47,695 nucleotides of DNA from Kiritimatiellia bacterium (GCA_017457625.1 JAFTHC010000072.1:1-47695); one strand, 5' to 3'. Positions 33,956-42,929 are shown, numbered from the stretch's first letter. Program-made: numbers and translations. Notes: a model not told the origin generated them from the letters alone.

Positions 33956-34423
33956 CTAGAGCGGACGCACGCGCGTGTCGGCGCCGAAGAGGACGCGGAC
34001 GCGCTGGCCGGGGACGAAGTAGTCGTCGCCGAGCGTCTGCGTGACGTTCACGACGCGCCCGTCGTCGAGCTTCACGCGCAGTTCGACGCCGTTCTGCTTC
34101 GTGGCGCTTTTTTCGGCGCCTGCGCCGACGGCGCCGCCGGCGACGCCGCCAAGCGCGGTGGCTACGGTGCGGCCGTGCCCGCCGCCGATCGTCGAACCGA
34201 CCGCGGCGCCGAGGATGCTGCCGGCCAGAAGGCCGACGGAGCCTTCCTTGCCTTCGATCGTGACGGGCGTCACGGCGAGGAGTTCGCCTTCCTGTTCGAC
34301 GTAGCCGGAGCGGGAAGTCGAACTGCTGTAGCTCGAGCCGGAAAGATTGTCGGCGCAACCGGGGGCGAGGAGGAGCGCGGCCGCGGCGGCGGCGAGCGCG
34401 GAGAGGAGGGTTGTGGTTTTCAT
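33956..34423 (-). CDS. SlyB/glycine-zipper outer-membrane lipoprotein
   Basis: Lipobox LLLAPGC (start taken at MKTTT; an ATG three codons upstream at 34432 is also possible). Glycine zipper: GSILGAAVGSTIGGGHGRTVATALGGVAGGAVGAG. Confidence 0.8.
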   Translation of the reverse strand: MKTTTLLSALAAAAAALLLAPGCADNLSGSSYSSSTSRSGYVEQEGELLAVTPVTIEGKEGSVGLLAGSILGAAVGSTIGGGHGRTVATALGGVAGGAVGAGAEKSATKQNGVELRVKLDDGRVVNVTQTLGDDYFVPGQRVRVLFGADTRVRPL

Positions 34424-34534
34424 GCGTCCCATTCTACCGCACTCGTCCCCGCGCGTGCAAGCACAATCGCACGCGGGGCGGGGCGCAAACGGAAAACCGC
34501 CCCCGGGCCAGAGGCCGGGAGCGGTTCCGTGGAT

Positions 34535-34611
<77 letters not shown>

Positions 34612-34616
34612 ATGGG

Positions 34617-34693
34617 TGGCGCGTCTCGCAGGATTCGAACCTGCAACCTCCTGATCCGTAGTCAGGTGCTCTATCCAATTGGGCGAGAGACGC
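34617..34693 (-). tRNA. tRNA-Arg (ACG)
   Basis: Folded by hand: GCGTCTC-TC-GCCC-AATTGGATA-GAGC-A-CCTGA-CTACGGA-TCAGG-AGGTT-GCAGG-TTCGAAT-CCTGC-GAGACGC-G-CCA. There is one C-A mismatch in the D stem. Confidence 0.85.
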
Positions 34694-34790
34694 GCGGAGT
34701 CCGCGACCGGGCCGCAAGGCCCTTGCGTCGCAAAGACGGTGGGGACTCTACCAAAATCCGGACCCGAAATCAAGCGAAATTTTCGCGTTT

Positions 34791-35303
34791 TCAGAACGCG
34801 GTCGGTTTGCGGGGCGGCAGCGGCGGCAGCGGCAGGTCGTAGAGGGTTTCGTCCTCCTCGAACGCCGGCGCGGCCGGCGCGGCGCCGGCGTCCGCGCGGA
34901 GCGCGGCTTCGCCCGACTCGAAAGCGCGGTCTACCGCGGCGTCGAGCGCCGCGCCGCCGCCGCCCGCTTCGACGCGGGAGAGCGCGTCCGCGACGTCGGG
35001 CGCGAACGCGACGCCGCCCTCGCGCGCGGCCTGGCGCAGCGCGGCGGCGCGGCGGCGCGGATCGCCGCTTTCCAGGTCGCCTTTGCGCGCGGCGCGCGCC
35101 GCCGCGAGGCGCGCCGGGTCGCGCGCGCCGGCGCCGAGGGCGTCCGCTTCGCCGGCGCGCGGCGTCGCGAGGAAGCGCTCCACTTCGCGCGAGAGTTTCC
35201 CGCCGCAGCGCGGGCACGGCGGATCGGCGTCCGCGACCGGGCGCCGCGCGAAGAAGCGCAACGTCTTGCGGCAGGCGGGGCAGGCGAATTCGTAGATGGG
35301 CAT
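34791..35303 (-). CDS. FmdB-family zinc-ribbon protein
   Basis: MPIYEFACPACRKTL...CPRCGG (CxxC...CxxC) followed by an Ala/Asp-rich tail. Confidence 0.75.
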   Translation of the reverse strand: MPIYEFACPACRKTLRFFARRPVADADPPCPRCGGKLSREVERFLATPRAGEADALGAGARDPARLAAARAARKGDLESGDPRRRAAALRQAAREGGVAFAPDVADALSRVEAGGGGAALDAAVDRAFESGEAALRADAGAAPAAPAFEEDETLYDLPLPPLPPRKPTAF

Positions 35304-35321
35304 GGGACGGGACCGCGCGCG

Positions 35322-36467
35322 TCAGCGGGCGGCGGGAAGGCTCGCAGCGGCGCCGACGACGTTGCGGACGCGGTTCTGGAGCTGCGAGTTGGTGCAGATG
35401 GCCTGGACGAGGAAGACGCACCCGATGCCGTTGGCCGGATCGGTCCACGTCTGCGTGCCCATCCAGCCGCCCCAGCCGAACGAGCCGCGGCCGGAGAGCA
35501 GGCCCTGCGGGCCGTTCTCGGCCTGGACGTGGTTGAAGTAGCCGTATTGCTGCCCGGCGAAGTTGTCCCAGTCGAAGGACGGCGTTTGGCGCGGCGTGAG
35601 CAGGCCGGAGGTCATGGCGCGGAAGGCGGCCGGCGAAAGCAGGCGGCGGCCGTCCGGCGCGACGCCGCCCGCGAGCAGCATCCGCGTCCAGGCCTGCATG
35701 TCGCGCGCCGTGGAGAAGAGGCCCGCGCCGCCGGATTCGAACGGCGGCGGCGCGTCCCAGTCCGCCACGCCGAGGTGCCCGATGCGCTCGACGTGCTCCT
35801 GGAAGCGCTTCGTCTCCGGGTTGAGCCAGTAGGGCTTGCAGAGGCGGTCCCGTTTTTCCGGCGGCACGAAGAACGCCGTGTCGCGCATGCCGAGCGGCTC
35901 GAAAATCTCCTCGCGCAGGAACTCGCCGAAGCGCCGGCCCGTCGCGACCTCGATCACGGCGCCCATCACGTCGGCCGAGTAGCCGTATTGCCAGCGGGCG
36001 CCCGGGTCGAACGCGAGTCCGCGGCGGCCGAGCTCGTTGGCGAAGGCCACGGTCGGGAGGCCGGGGTGGTCGTCCCACGGGAAGTCGTAGGTCAGGCCCG
36101 ACGTCATGGAGAGCAGGTCGCGCAGGAAGGGCGGTCGCGCGGCGGGGCGCTTCTCCGGTCCGACCCGCACGTCCGCGAAGCCGGGCAGGAAGCGTTCGAC
36201 GGGCTCTTCGAGCGTGAAGAGCCCGCGTTCGACGCACAGCGCGGCGGCGAAACCGGTGAGCGGCTTCGAGGAGGAGAACATCCGGAATATGGTGTCGCGG
36301 TCGGGCGGCGGCGCGTCGGGCCGCGCGAGGTCGACGCGGCCGAAAAAGCCTTCGTAGAGGTCGCGCCCGCCGTCGAAGACGAGCGCCAGCGCGCACGGCC
36401 ATTCGCCCGCGGCGATCGCGCGGCCGATGGTTTCGTCGAGGCGGGTTTTGAGGAAGGAGGAGTCCAT
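35322..36467 (-). CDS. beta-lactamase-family serine hydrolase (class C / esterase-like)
   Basis: FRMFSSSKPLTGFAAALCVERG (SxxK). YGYSADVMG. WGGWMGTQTWTDP. Confidence 0.85.
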   Translation of the reverse strand: MDSSFLKTRLDETIGRAIAAGEWPCALALVFDGGRDLYEGFFGRVDLARPDAPPPDRDTIFRMFSSSKPLTGFAAALCVERGLFTLEEPVERFLPGFADVRVGPEKRPAARPPFLRDLLSMTSGLTYDFPWDDHPGLPTVAFANELGRRGLAFDPGARWQYGYSADVMGAVIEVATGRRFGEFLREEIFEPLGMRDTAFFVPPEKRDRLCKPYWLNPETKRFQEHVERIGHLGVADWDAPPPFESGGAGLFSTARDMQAWTRMLLAGGVAPDGRRLLSPAAFRAMTSGLLTPRQTPSFDWDNFAGQQYGYFNHVQAENGPQGLLSGRGSFGWGGWMGTQTWTDPANGIGCVFLVQAICTNSQLQNRVRNVVGAAASLPAAR

Positions 36468-36506
36468 GGAGCAACGAACAACGAGAAACGAACAACGGGA
36501 AACGGA

Positions 36507-37634
36507 TCAATTGGGAGAGGTCGCGCGCTCGACTTCGTCCGCGACGCGGGCGGCGGCGTCGGGGCGGGCGGCGGCGAGCGCGCCGGCCCGGAGCTTCGCG
36601 GCGGAGAGCTTCGCTTCGTCCGTGTTCCCGCGGATCGCGGCGACGATTCCGACGAACGACTTCCGGTGCTTGCCGTCGAGGAACTTTTCCTGCTCGAAGG
36701 CGACGGCGGCGCCGCGCAGCATCATCATGTCCGCGTTGCGCGACTGGTGGTCGCGCGCAAGTCCGGGCAGCGGCACGAGGATCGCGGGCAGACCCGCGAG
36801 CGCGAGCTCGAAGCACGAGGACGCGCCGGCGCGCGAAATGCAGAGGTCGGCCTCCGCGTAGCGGCGCGCCATGTCGTGCTCGAAGCCGACGACCTCGATC
36901 CCGACGCCCGCTTCGCGCAGGCCCGAAGCGTCCCAGAGCGCGCGGACTTCGTCCTCGTTGCGCGTGCCGGCGAGGTGCACGATGCGGTCCGGGAGCGCGG
37001 CGCGCCCGAGGGTCTTCAGGGCTTCCGAGAACGCGCGCACGACGCCGCGGTTGAGGTCGCGCGCGCCCTGGCTGCCGCCCATGACGAGGAGCGAAAACTT
37101 TTCCGGGTCCGCCTTCGTGCCGCCGATGCCCTTGGAGAACTCCGCCCGGAGCGGCAGGCCCGTTTCCGCGAGGTGCGTCCCCGCCGGGAAGAAGCGCTGC
37201 ATGTGCGGGAAGCAGATGCAGACCGTCGTCGCCCAGCGCGCGAGGAAGGCGACGGCCGCGCCGGGGATCGCGTTCGCCTCGTGCAGGACGACGGGCACGC
37301 GCAGCGACCGCGCGGCGAGCACCGGCGCGATCGACGTGTAGGAGCCCATCGCGAGGAGCGCGTCCGGCCGGAACGCGCGCAGCTGGCGCTTGGCGGAGCG
37401 GCAGGCGCGCCAGAGCTTGAAGAGGGATTTCGGGCGGCGCGGCGAAACCGGATCGACCGGGACGAGCATCGCCTCGGCGCCCTCGGGCAGGTCCGCCTTC
37501 GCACGCTCGGCCTCGACCGCGCGTCCGGACAGGATCACGGCGACGCGGTGCCCGCGGCGGCGCAGCTCCGCCGCGACCGCGAGCCCCGGGAACATGTGGC
37601 CGCCGGTTCCGCCGCAGGAGACCGCGATGTTCAT
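36507..37634 (-). CDS. murG: UDP-GlcNAc:lipid I N-acetylglucosaminyltransferase MurG
   Basis: MNIAVSCGGTGGHMFPGLAVA. LLVMGGSQGA. RAGASSCFELALAGLPAILVPLP...DHQSRNA. Confidence 0.9.
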   Translation of the reverse strand: MNIAVSCGGTGGHMFPGLAVAAELRRRGHRVAVILSGRAVEAERAKADLPEGAEAMLVPVDPVSPRRPKSLFKLWRACRSAKRQLRAFRPDALLAMGSYTSIAPVLAARSLRVPVVLHEANAIPGAAVAFLARWATTVCICFPHMQRFFPAGTHLAETGLPLRAEFSKGIGGTKADPEKFSLLVMGGSQGARDLNRGVVRAFSEALKTLGRAALPDRIVHLAGTRNEDEVRALWDASGLREAGVGIEVVGFEHDMARRYAEADLCISRAGASSCFELALAGLPAILVPLPGLARDHQSRNADMMMLRGAAVAFEQEKFLDGKHRKSFVGIVAAIRGNTDEAKLSAAKLRAGALAAARPDAAARVADEVERATSPN

Positions 37635-38257
37635 GGCGGCGACCTCCGGTCGTCAAAGGACGAAGGCGCGGCCGTTCCGGCGAGGAGCGCGCCAAGGGCG
37701 GCGCGGGAGGATTCTTCGACCTCGGCGTAGAGCGAGCGGCCCGAGGCGTCCATGCCCACGAGCAGCGGGAGGTCCTCCACCTCGAGCGACCAGCACGCCT
37801 CCGTGGCGCCGAACTCGTCGAGGAAATGCACGGCGGCGACGCGCTTCACGCAACGCGCCAGCAGCGCCGCCGCGCCGCCCACGGCCTGCAGGTAGACGCA
37901 GCCGAAACGGCGGCACGCTTCGCGCGTGGCGGCTCCCATGCCGCCCTTGCCGACGATTGCGCGCAACCCGTGGCGCTCCACGATCGCGGCCATGTAGGGC
38001 TCCTCGCGGACGCTCGTCGTGGGCCCGGCGGCGACCACGCGCCACGCGCCCGTGGCGGGGTCCCGCACGACCACCGGCCCGCAGTGGAACAGCGCGCCGC
38101 CCGCCAGGTCCACCGGGCATTCGCCGCTCTCGAACACGGCCTTGTGGAAGCGGTCGCGCCCCGTGTGGACGAGGCCGGAGAGAAGAATTTCGTCCCCCGC
38201 GCGCAGGGCGCGGACGTCCGCTTCCGCGAGCGGCGTGCGCAGACGGATCGCGGCCAT
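37631..38257 (-). CDS. Fe-S hydro-lyase beta subunit (class I fumarate hydratase / tartrate dehydratase C-terminal type)
   Basis: LRAGDEILLSGLVHTGRDRFHK. GPTTSVREEPY. IVGKGGMG. YLQAVGGAAALL. SLEVEDLPLLVGMDASG. Start taken at MAAIRL (38257), 5 nt past the upstream stop. 4-nt overlap with murG. Confidence 0.85.
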   Translation of the reverse strand: MAAIRLRTPLAEADVRALRAGDEILLSGLVHTGRDRFHKAVFESGECPVDLAGGALFHCGPVVVRDPATGAWRVVAAGPTTSVREEPYMAAIVERHGLRAIVGKGGMGAATREACRRFGCVYLQAVGGAAALLARCVKRVAAVHFLDEFGATEACWSLEVEDLPLLVGMDASGRSLYAEVEESSRAALGALLAGTAAPSSFDDRRSPP

Positions 38258-38261
38258 GGCG

Positions 38262-39602
38262 CTACTTCGCAAAGGAGCGCGGCGCGGGCAGCACCGGGAC
38301 GATTTCGACGGGTCCCTCGTAGACGAAGGGCGCGGCCGCCGCCGGCGCGGTTTCCGGCGCGGCGGCGGAGACGCCGCCCGCGTCCGGTTCTTCGCCGCCG
38401 CCGGCGGGCCAAAGCGCGGCCACGAGGCCGACGAACGCGGCCAGAACCGCCACGCCCGCGACGCCGAGCAGCGCCGGGCGCACCCAACGCGCCTTCGCCG
38501 CGGCGCGCAGGCGCGCGGCGCACGAAGACGCGCACCGGCCGGCCGCCGCGCGGAGATTGGAGAAGAAAACGGAAAAGGCGTTCGGCGCGTCGGGCTCGGC
38601 CCGAAGCTCCTCGTCCGGGAAAAGCGCGGGCTCCGGCAGCGGCGCCGGCGCCGCTGCCGGCGGCGGAACCTCGGCCGCGCCGCGCTCCGGCGGCGCGAAC
38701 AGGTCGTCCTCGACGAACGCCGGCCGCGCGGCCGACGAAACGACGGGATGCGGCGCGGCCGCGATGCGCGGATCGGGCTCCGGCGAAACGACTTTGCGCG
38801 GCGCCGGCTCGGGTGCCGGGACGGGCGCCGGCTCCGGCCGGCGGGGCCGGGGCGCGGCGGGGCCGGGGAAGACGAACGGGACGGCCGGGACCTCGACGGG
38901 CTGCGGCGCGACCGGCGGCGCGACCTCGTTCCAGTAGGGAACCGCGGCCGCCGAGCCGACGGCCGTCGGCTCCGGTTCGCTTTTCGCGACGGGCGCCGGC
39001 GCGGGTTTGGGCGCGGGATCGTCGAAACGGACGAGCTTGGACGGCGGTTCCGGCGGAACGACGCCGGGCTCGACCGGGGCGATGCGCTTTTCGGGAAGTT
39101 GCGGCGCGGGCTTCGGCGCGGGCGCGGGCTTCGGCGCCGGCGCCGGCGCCATGAAATCGAGCAGCGTTTCCTCGGCCGGGGCGGCCGCGACCTTCTTCGC
39201 CTCGGCGGGCGCCGGGGCGGCCGCGACCTTCTTCTCGCTCGGCGCGGGTTCGGCCGGCGGCGGCGCGGCGTGGGGAACCGCCGGGCGGACGCTCACGAGC
39301 GCGCCGCTCTCGGCGCTGATCGTCTCGAGCGCGACGATCGGCATTTCGCCGTCGGGGTGGTTCTTCTCCGTGCCGTTCGGGTTCGCGAGGTAGTCCGCCA
39401 CGAGCGGCTGGGCGGGCACGCCGACGGCGCGCGCGAAGAGCTTGATGAAACCCTTCGTGTAGACGGGCGCGGAAAAGGCGTGGTAGTCGTCCGTCTCCAA
39501 CCCGACGACCTGGTCGCGGGTCATCTGGGTGGCGTGCATGATGTCGTCGACCGAAAGGCCGGCCTTTTCGCGCGCGGCGCGAAGCGTGTCGCCGAGAGAC
39601 AT
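38262..39602 (-). CDS. RodZ-like HTH protein with long Pro/Ala-rich region and C-proximal TM helix
   Basis: Start at MSLGDTLRAAREKAGLSVDDIMHATQMTRDQVVGLETDDYHAFSAPVYTKGFIKLFARAVGV (RodZ/HTH_25-like). APAPKPAPAPKP repeats. TM: LLGVAGVAVLAAFVGLVAAL. Confidence 0.75.
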   Translation of the reverse strand: MSLGDTLRAAREKAGLSVDDIMHATQMTRDQVVGLETDDYHAFSAPVYTKGFIKLFARAVGVPAQPLVADYLANPNGTEKNHPDGEMPIVALETISAESGALVSVRPAVPHAAPPPAEPAPSEKKVAAAPAPAEAKKVAAAPAEETLLDFMAPAPAPKPAPAPKPAPQLPEKRIAPVEPGVVPPEPPSKLVRFDDPAPKPAPAPVAKSEPEPTAVGSAAAVPYWNEVAPPVAPQPVEVPAVPFVFPGPAAPRPRRPEPAPVPAPEPAPRKVVSPEPDPRIAAAPHPVVSSAARPAFVEDDLFAPPERGAAEVPPPAAAPAPLPEPALFPDEELRAEPDAPNAFSVFFSNLRAAAGRCASSCAARLRAAAKARWVRPALLGVAGVAVLAAFVGLVAALWPAGGGEEPDAGGVSAAAPETAPAAAAPFVYEGPVEIVPVLPAPRSFAK

Positions 39603-39778
39603 GTCGGGCGCTCCTGGAATGGGAAAGGGTGGAGGTGTCTGTTGCGCCGCCAATGCTAGCAAAACCCGCGCCCGCCCGCAAGGGCGAGATTCCGGTTGCG
39701 CCGCGGCGGCGGTTGTGCTACGATTCAACCGACCCGCGGGAAAGCCGCGGGCGACACCCCCTTCGGCGGAAAAAGCCC

Positions 39779-41041
39779 ATGAAACGTTTCGAATACGTCG
39801 CGGCCGACGCGTCCGGCCAGGAACAACGCGGTCTCGTGGAGGCCAACGACATGGCGGAGGCCCAGTTGGCGCTGCGCCAGCACGGCCTCACCCCGCGCAG
39901 CCTCGTGCCCGAGGGCGCGCGCCCCGGCGGCAAGAAGAAGAAGGGCGGCATGAACATGGAGCTCAAGCTCCCCATGCCGAAATTCCTGCGCGGGCGCGTG
40001 AAGACGCGCGACCTGGCGGTCCTCACCCGCCAGCTGGCCACGCTCGTGGACTCCGGTCTGCCGCTGCTGCGCGGCCTGCGCATCCTCACCAAGCAGTCGT
40101 CGGTCCCCGCCGTCAAGGACGTCCTCTCCAAGATGTGCGAATCGGTCGAAGGCGGCTCCAACTTCTCCGAAGCGCTCGCCCAGCACCCCAAGACGTTCGA
40201 CAACCTCTACGTCAACATGGCGAAGGCCGGCGAAGCCGGCGGCTCGCTCAACGAATCGCTCAACCGCCTGGCGGACTTCCTCGAAAAGGGCCAGAAACTC
40301 AAGAGCAAGATCAAGTCGGCCATGACCTACCCGACGGTGGTCCTCGTGATCGCGCTGGGCATCACGGCGTTCCTGATGGCCACGGTCATCCCGCAGTTCG
40401 AGAAGCTCTTCAAGGACATGCTCGGCAAGAACGCGCAGCTGCCCCCGATCACGCGGTTCGTCGTGAACATCTCGAACAACTTCGTGGACTACGCCGTGCC
40501 GATCATCTTCGGCGTGATCGCGCTCGTGTTCCTGATCCGGCTCCTGGGCAAGACCGAAAAGGGCCGCTACGGGATCGACCTGTTCAAGCTCAAGATGCCG
40601 GTCTTCGGCGAAATCATCCGCAAAGGCGCCATCGCGCGCTCGACGCGCACGCTCGGCACGCTGATGCAGTCGGGCGTCCCGGTCCTGCAGGCGCTCGACA
40701 TCGTGCGCGACACGTCGGGCAACGCCGTGATCGCCAAGGCCTACCAGGACATCCACGACGCGGTGAAGGAAGGCGAGAACATGACGCCCTCGATGGAAGC
40801 GTCGAAGCAGTTCCCGCCGATGGTCGTCTCGATGGTGGACGTCGGCGAAGAGACCGGCTCGCTGCCGGACATGCTCACGCGCGTGGCGAACACCTACGAC
40901 GGCGAGGTGGACGACGCGGTGAACGCCATGACCTCCATCATCGAGCCGATCATGATCGTGTTCCTCGCGCTCATCGTCGGCACCATCGTCGTGGCGATGT
41001 TCTCGCCGCTGATGGGCCTGCTCACCAAACTCGGCGGCTAA
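39779..41041 (+). CDS. gspF: GspF/PilC-type inner-membrane platform protein
   Basis: Two T2SSF repeats: LTRQLATLVDSGLPLLRGLRIL ... FSEALAQHPKTF, and TRTLGTLMQSGVPVLQALDIV ... MVSMVDVGEETGSL. Confidence 0.9.
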   Translation: MKRFEYVAADASGQEQRGLVEANDMAEAQLALRQHGLTPRSLVPEGARPGGKKKKGGMNMELKLPMPKFLRGRVKTRDLAVLTRQLATLVDSGLPLLRGLRILTKQSSVPAVKDVLSKMCESVEGGSNFSEALAQHPKTFDNLYVNMAKAGEAGGSLNESLNRLADFLEKGQKLKSKIKSAMTYPTVVLVIALGITAFLMATVIPQFEKLFKDMLGKNAQLPPITRFVVNISNNFVDYAVPIIFGVIALVFLIRLLGKTEKGRYGIDLFKLKMPVFGEIIRKGAIARSTRTLGTLMQSGVPVLQALDIVRDTSGNAVIAKAYQDIHDAVKEGENMTPSMEASKQFPPMVVSMVDVGEETGSLPDMLTRVANTYDGEVDDAVNAMTSIIEPIMIVFLALIVGTIVVAMFSPLMGLLTKLGG

Positions 41042-41071
41042 CGCGGAACGACTTCGAGACACTTCAAGACC

Positions 41072-42079
41072 ATGAAACGCGAAAAAGCGAAATCCCACGG
41101 CTTCACGCTCATCGAACTGATGGTCGTGATCCTGGTCATCTGCCTGCTGGCGGCCATGACGTTCCGCATGATCGGCAACGTCCAGCAGAACCGCAAGAAG
41201 TCCGAGACGCAGGCGATCCTCGAAAAAGTGGCCCTGGCGCTCGAAAAATACAAGAACCTCTACGGAAAATATCCTCCCGTCCCCTACTACGAAGGCGGGG
41301 ACATCCACGGCCAGCCGGTCCGTTTCGAGTATCCGGAGTTCGACGACGAGTATTTTCCCTCGTTCACGGCGACAACGCCGCAGAAAATCTGCAACGCCGA
41401 CGAACTCGAGGAAATTCCGTGGCAGGAAGTCAAGGGTGAAAAAGGGTGTGGCGTGTTCACGTTCGGCCTCTGTTCGTTCTTCTTGCCGCGCTACCAGCTG
41501 GGCTCCAATGGCGGTCTGGCCTGGTTCGGCCTGAAGAACGCAACGAACGACGCGGACGAAGGCGACCAGGACGCGGTCTCCTACGACGAGGACGCCCACA
41601 TTTTCGAGCAGTGGCGAGCCCACAACAAGCGGCGGGCCGACAGCCGCGTCGGCGATTCCACGCGCGACCTCAACGCCGTCGCCCAGATTCTTCCCCTGCT
41701 CGGAGGCTCCATGAGTCCGGACGGAAAAATCGAAGGCGGCGTCATCGCCATCATGGGCGGGGAACGCAAGGAACTCCGGACTGTCAAAACCAAGGGCGGA
41801 ACGTTTTACGTCGCCGTCAACCGGGCCGTCATCAAAGACGCCTGGGGGGAGGGCAACTCCAACCTCGGCGACCACGAACTGCACTACTACTCGCGCCCGC
41901 CCTACGAAACCTACCAGCTCCGGTCGGCCGGGCCGGACGACATGACGATCGGCGACTTGTGCGGAGACGCCTCCCACCATCACGCCAAACAGCGCAAGGA
42001 CGCGGACGGAAACACCGTCTACGTGATCGGCGCCGGCGACGTGGAGACGCTCGACGACATCGTCTGCGGGAACGACTAG
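41072..42079 (+). CDS. oversized prepilin-type protein (335 aa) with possible H-X9-DG C-terminal motif
   Basis: KSHG-FTLIELMVVILVICLLAA cleavage/methylation motif. C-terminal HHHAKQRKDADGNTVYV fits H-X9-DG. Confidence 0.8.
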   Translation: MKREKAKSHGFTLIELMVVILVICLLAAMTFRMIGNVQQNRKKSETQAILEKVALALEKYKNLYGKYPPVPYYEGGDIHGQPVRFEYPEFDDEYFPSFTATTPQKICNADELEEIPWQEVKGEKGCGVFTFGLCSFFLPRYQLGSNGGLAWFGLKNATNDADEGDQDAVSYDEDAHIFEQWRAHNKRRADSRVGDSTRDLNAVAQILPLLGGSMSPDGKIEGGVIAIMGGERKELRTVKTKGGTFYVAVNRAVIKDAWGEGNSNLGDHELHYYSRPPYETYQLRSAGPDDMTIGDLCGDASHHHAKQRKDADGNTVYVIGAGDVETLDDIVCGND

Positions 42080-42104
42080 GGGCGGGCCGGAACGGAGAAA
42101 GACC

Positions 42105-42860
42105 ATGAAGAACGACTCGAAAACCGGGGTGCGGTCCGCCTTCACGCTCGTGGAGCTTCTCGTCGTGATCGCCGTCATTGGCATCATCGTCGGCATCGTC
42201 ATGCCCCTCGTCGGCGGCATGGGGCAGCACGCGCTCGATTCCCGGGCCAAAGACCTGTGCAACCAAGTCGCCGCGGCCTGGAACCTCGTTTCGATCAACA
42301 ACTCCCGGCTGCCCGGCAAGTCGCTGCTGACGGCGGTCGTCGACTGCGAGGACTACGACGGCGACCTGTGTTTCCGGATGACGCCCGCCGCCGGCGCCCT
42401 GCTCAACGAATGGAAGGCGGCCACGCCGATCCCCTCCGCGGACATGAACCGGTTCGACCCGATGAAAAAGGAAGGGGGAAAGAAGTTCCATCCGCGCGTC
42501 GCCAAGTCCGACTACCCGGACTACGAGACGGCCGTCGAGTTCCCGACGGATTACGTTTTGGAGCGCGACGTGGGGCAGAAGCGGTTCGGCGTCTACGCGC
42601 CGTGGGTCGTGCGGGCGCTCCGGGAGGAAGCGGACGCCACCGAGTTCGAGGAAGTCCTTTCCTCGGACGCGGCCAAAACCCTGTTCGACGGCAACGGAAA
42701 ATACGCCCACGGCATCGTGACGGTCATGCTCGACACGAACGCGGACGGACTGATCAAGGTTCCTTCGAAGAAAACGGGCCTGCCCGACGCCGAACTGCGG
42801 GCCAAGGCGGCCGCCTGGGTCCGGAACGAAAAAAACACGAAGACCATCCGGTCGTGGTAG
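42105..42860 (+). CDS. prepilin-type pseudopilin
   Basis: VRSA-FTLVELLVVIAVIGIIVGI (Ala at position -1). Confidence 0.8.
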   Translation: MKNDSKTGVRSAFTLVELLVVIAVIGIIVGIVMPLVGGMGQHALDSRAKDLCNQVAAAWNLVSINNSRLPGKSLLTAVVDCEDYDGDLCFRMTPAAGALLNEWKAATPIPSADMNRFDPMKKEGGKKFHPRVAKSDYPDYETAVEFPTDYVLERDVGQKRFGVYAPWVVRALREEADATEFEEVLSSDAAKTLFDGNGKYAHGIVTVMLDTNADGLIKVPSKKTGLPDAELRAKAAAWVRNEKNTKTIRSW

Positions 42861-42872
42861 CCGCTTCGCGGC

Positions 42873-42929
42873 GTTCGCAGGTTCGCAAGTTCGCAGTCAC
42901 AAGTTCGCAAGTTCGAAAATCCGCAAGTT
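42873..42929 (+). repeat. array of GTTCGCA(A/G) octamers immediately upstream of a pseudopilin gene
   Basis: GTTCGCA occurs at 42873, 42881, 42889 (8-nt period) and 42903, with GTTCGAA at 42911 and CGCAAGTTT at 42923. This is a lower-GC island ending 3 nt before the ATG at 42933. Confidence 0.6.

Noticed and set aside
31061-34044. 947 aa minus-strand and 946 aa plus-strand ORFs overlapping the GH2-like, GT2 and SlyB-like genes
   Set aside because: They have poly-Arg/Pro/Gly composition and no motifs. The competing frames carry recognisable GH2, GT2 (DxD-type VDADE) and glycine-zipper lipoprotein features.
34433-34534. Imperfect hairpin CCCCGCGCGTGC...GCACGCGGGG and a short CCCGG/CCGGG stem between tRNA-Met and the SlyB-like gene, as possible terminators
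   Set aside because: The stems are bulged or only 5 bp long and are not followed by a convincing T-tract in the minus (transcribed) orientation.
36468-36506. Direct repeat AACGAACAACG x2 between the murG stop and the serine-hydrolase start
   Set aside because: There are only two short copies in a 39-nt spacer. This is most simply read as a G-poor translation-initiation region for the downstream gene, and there is too little information to call a regulatory site.
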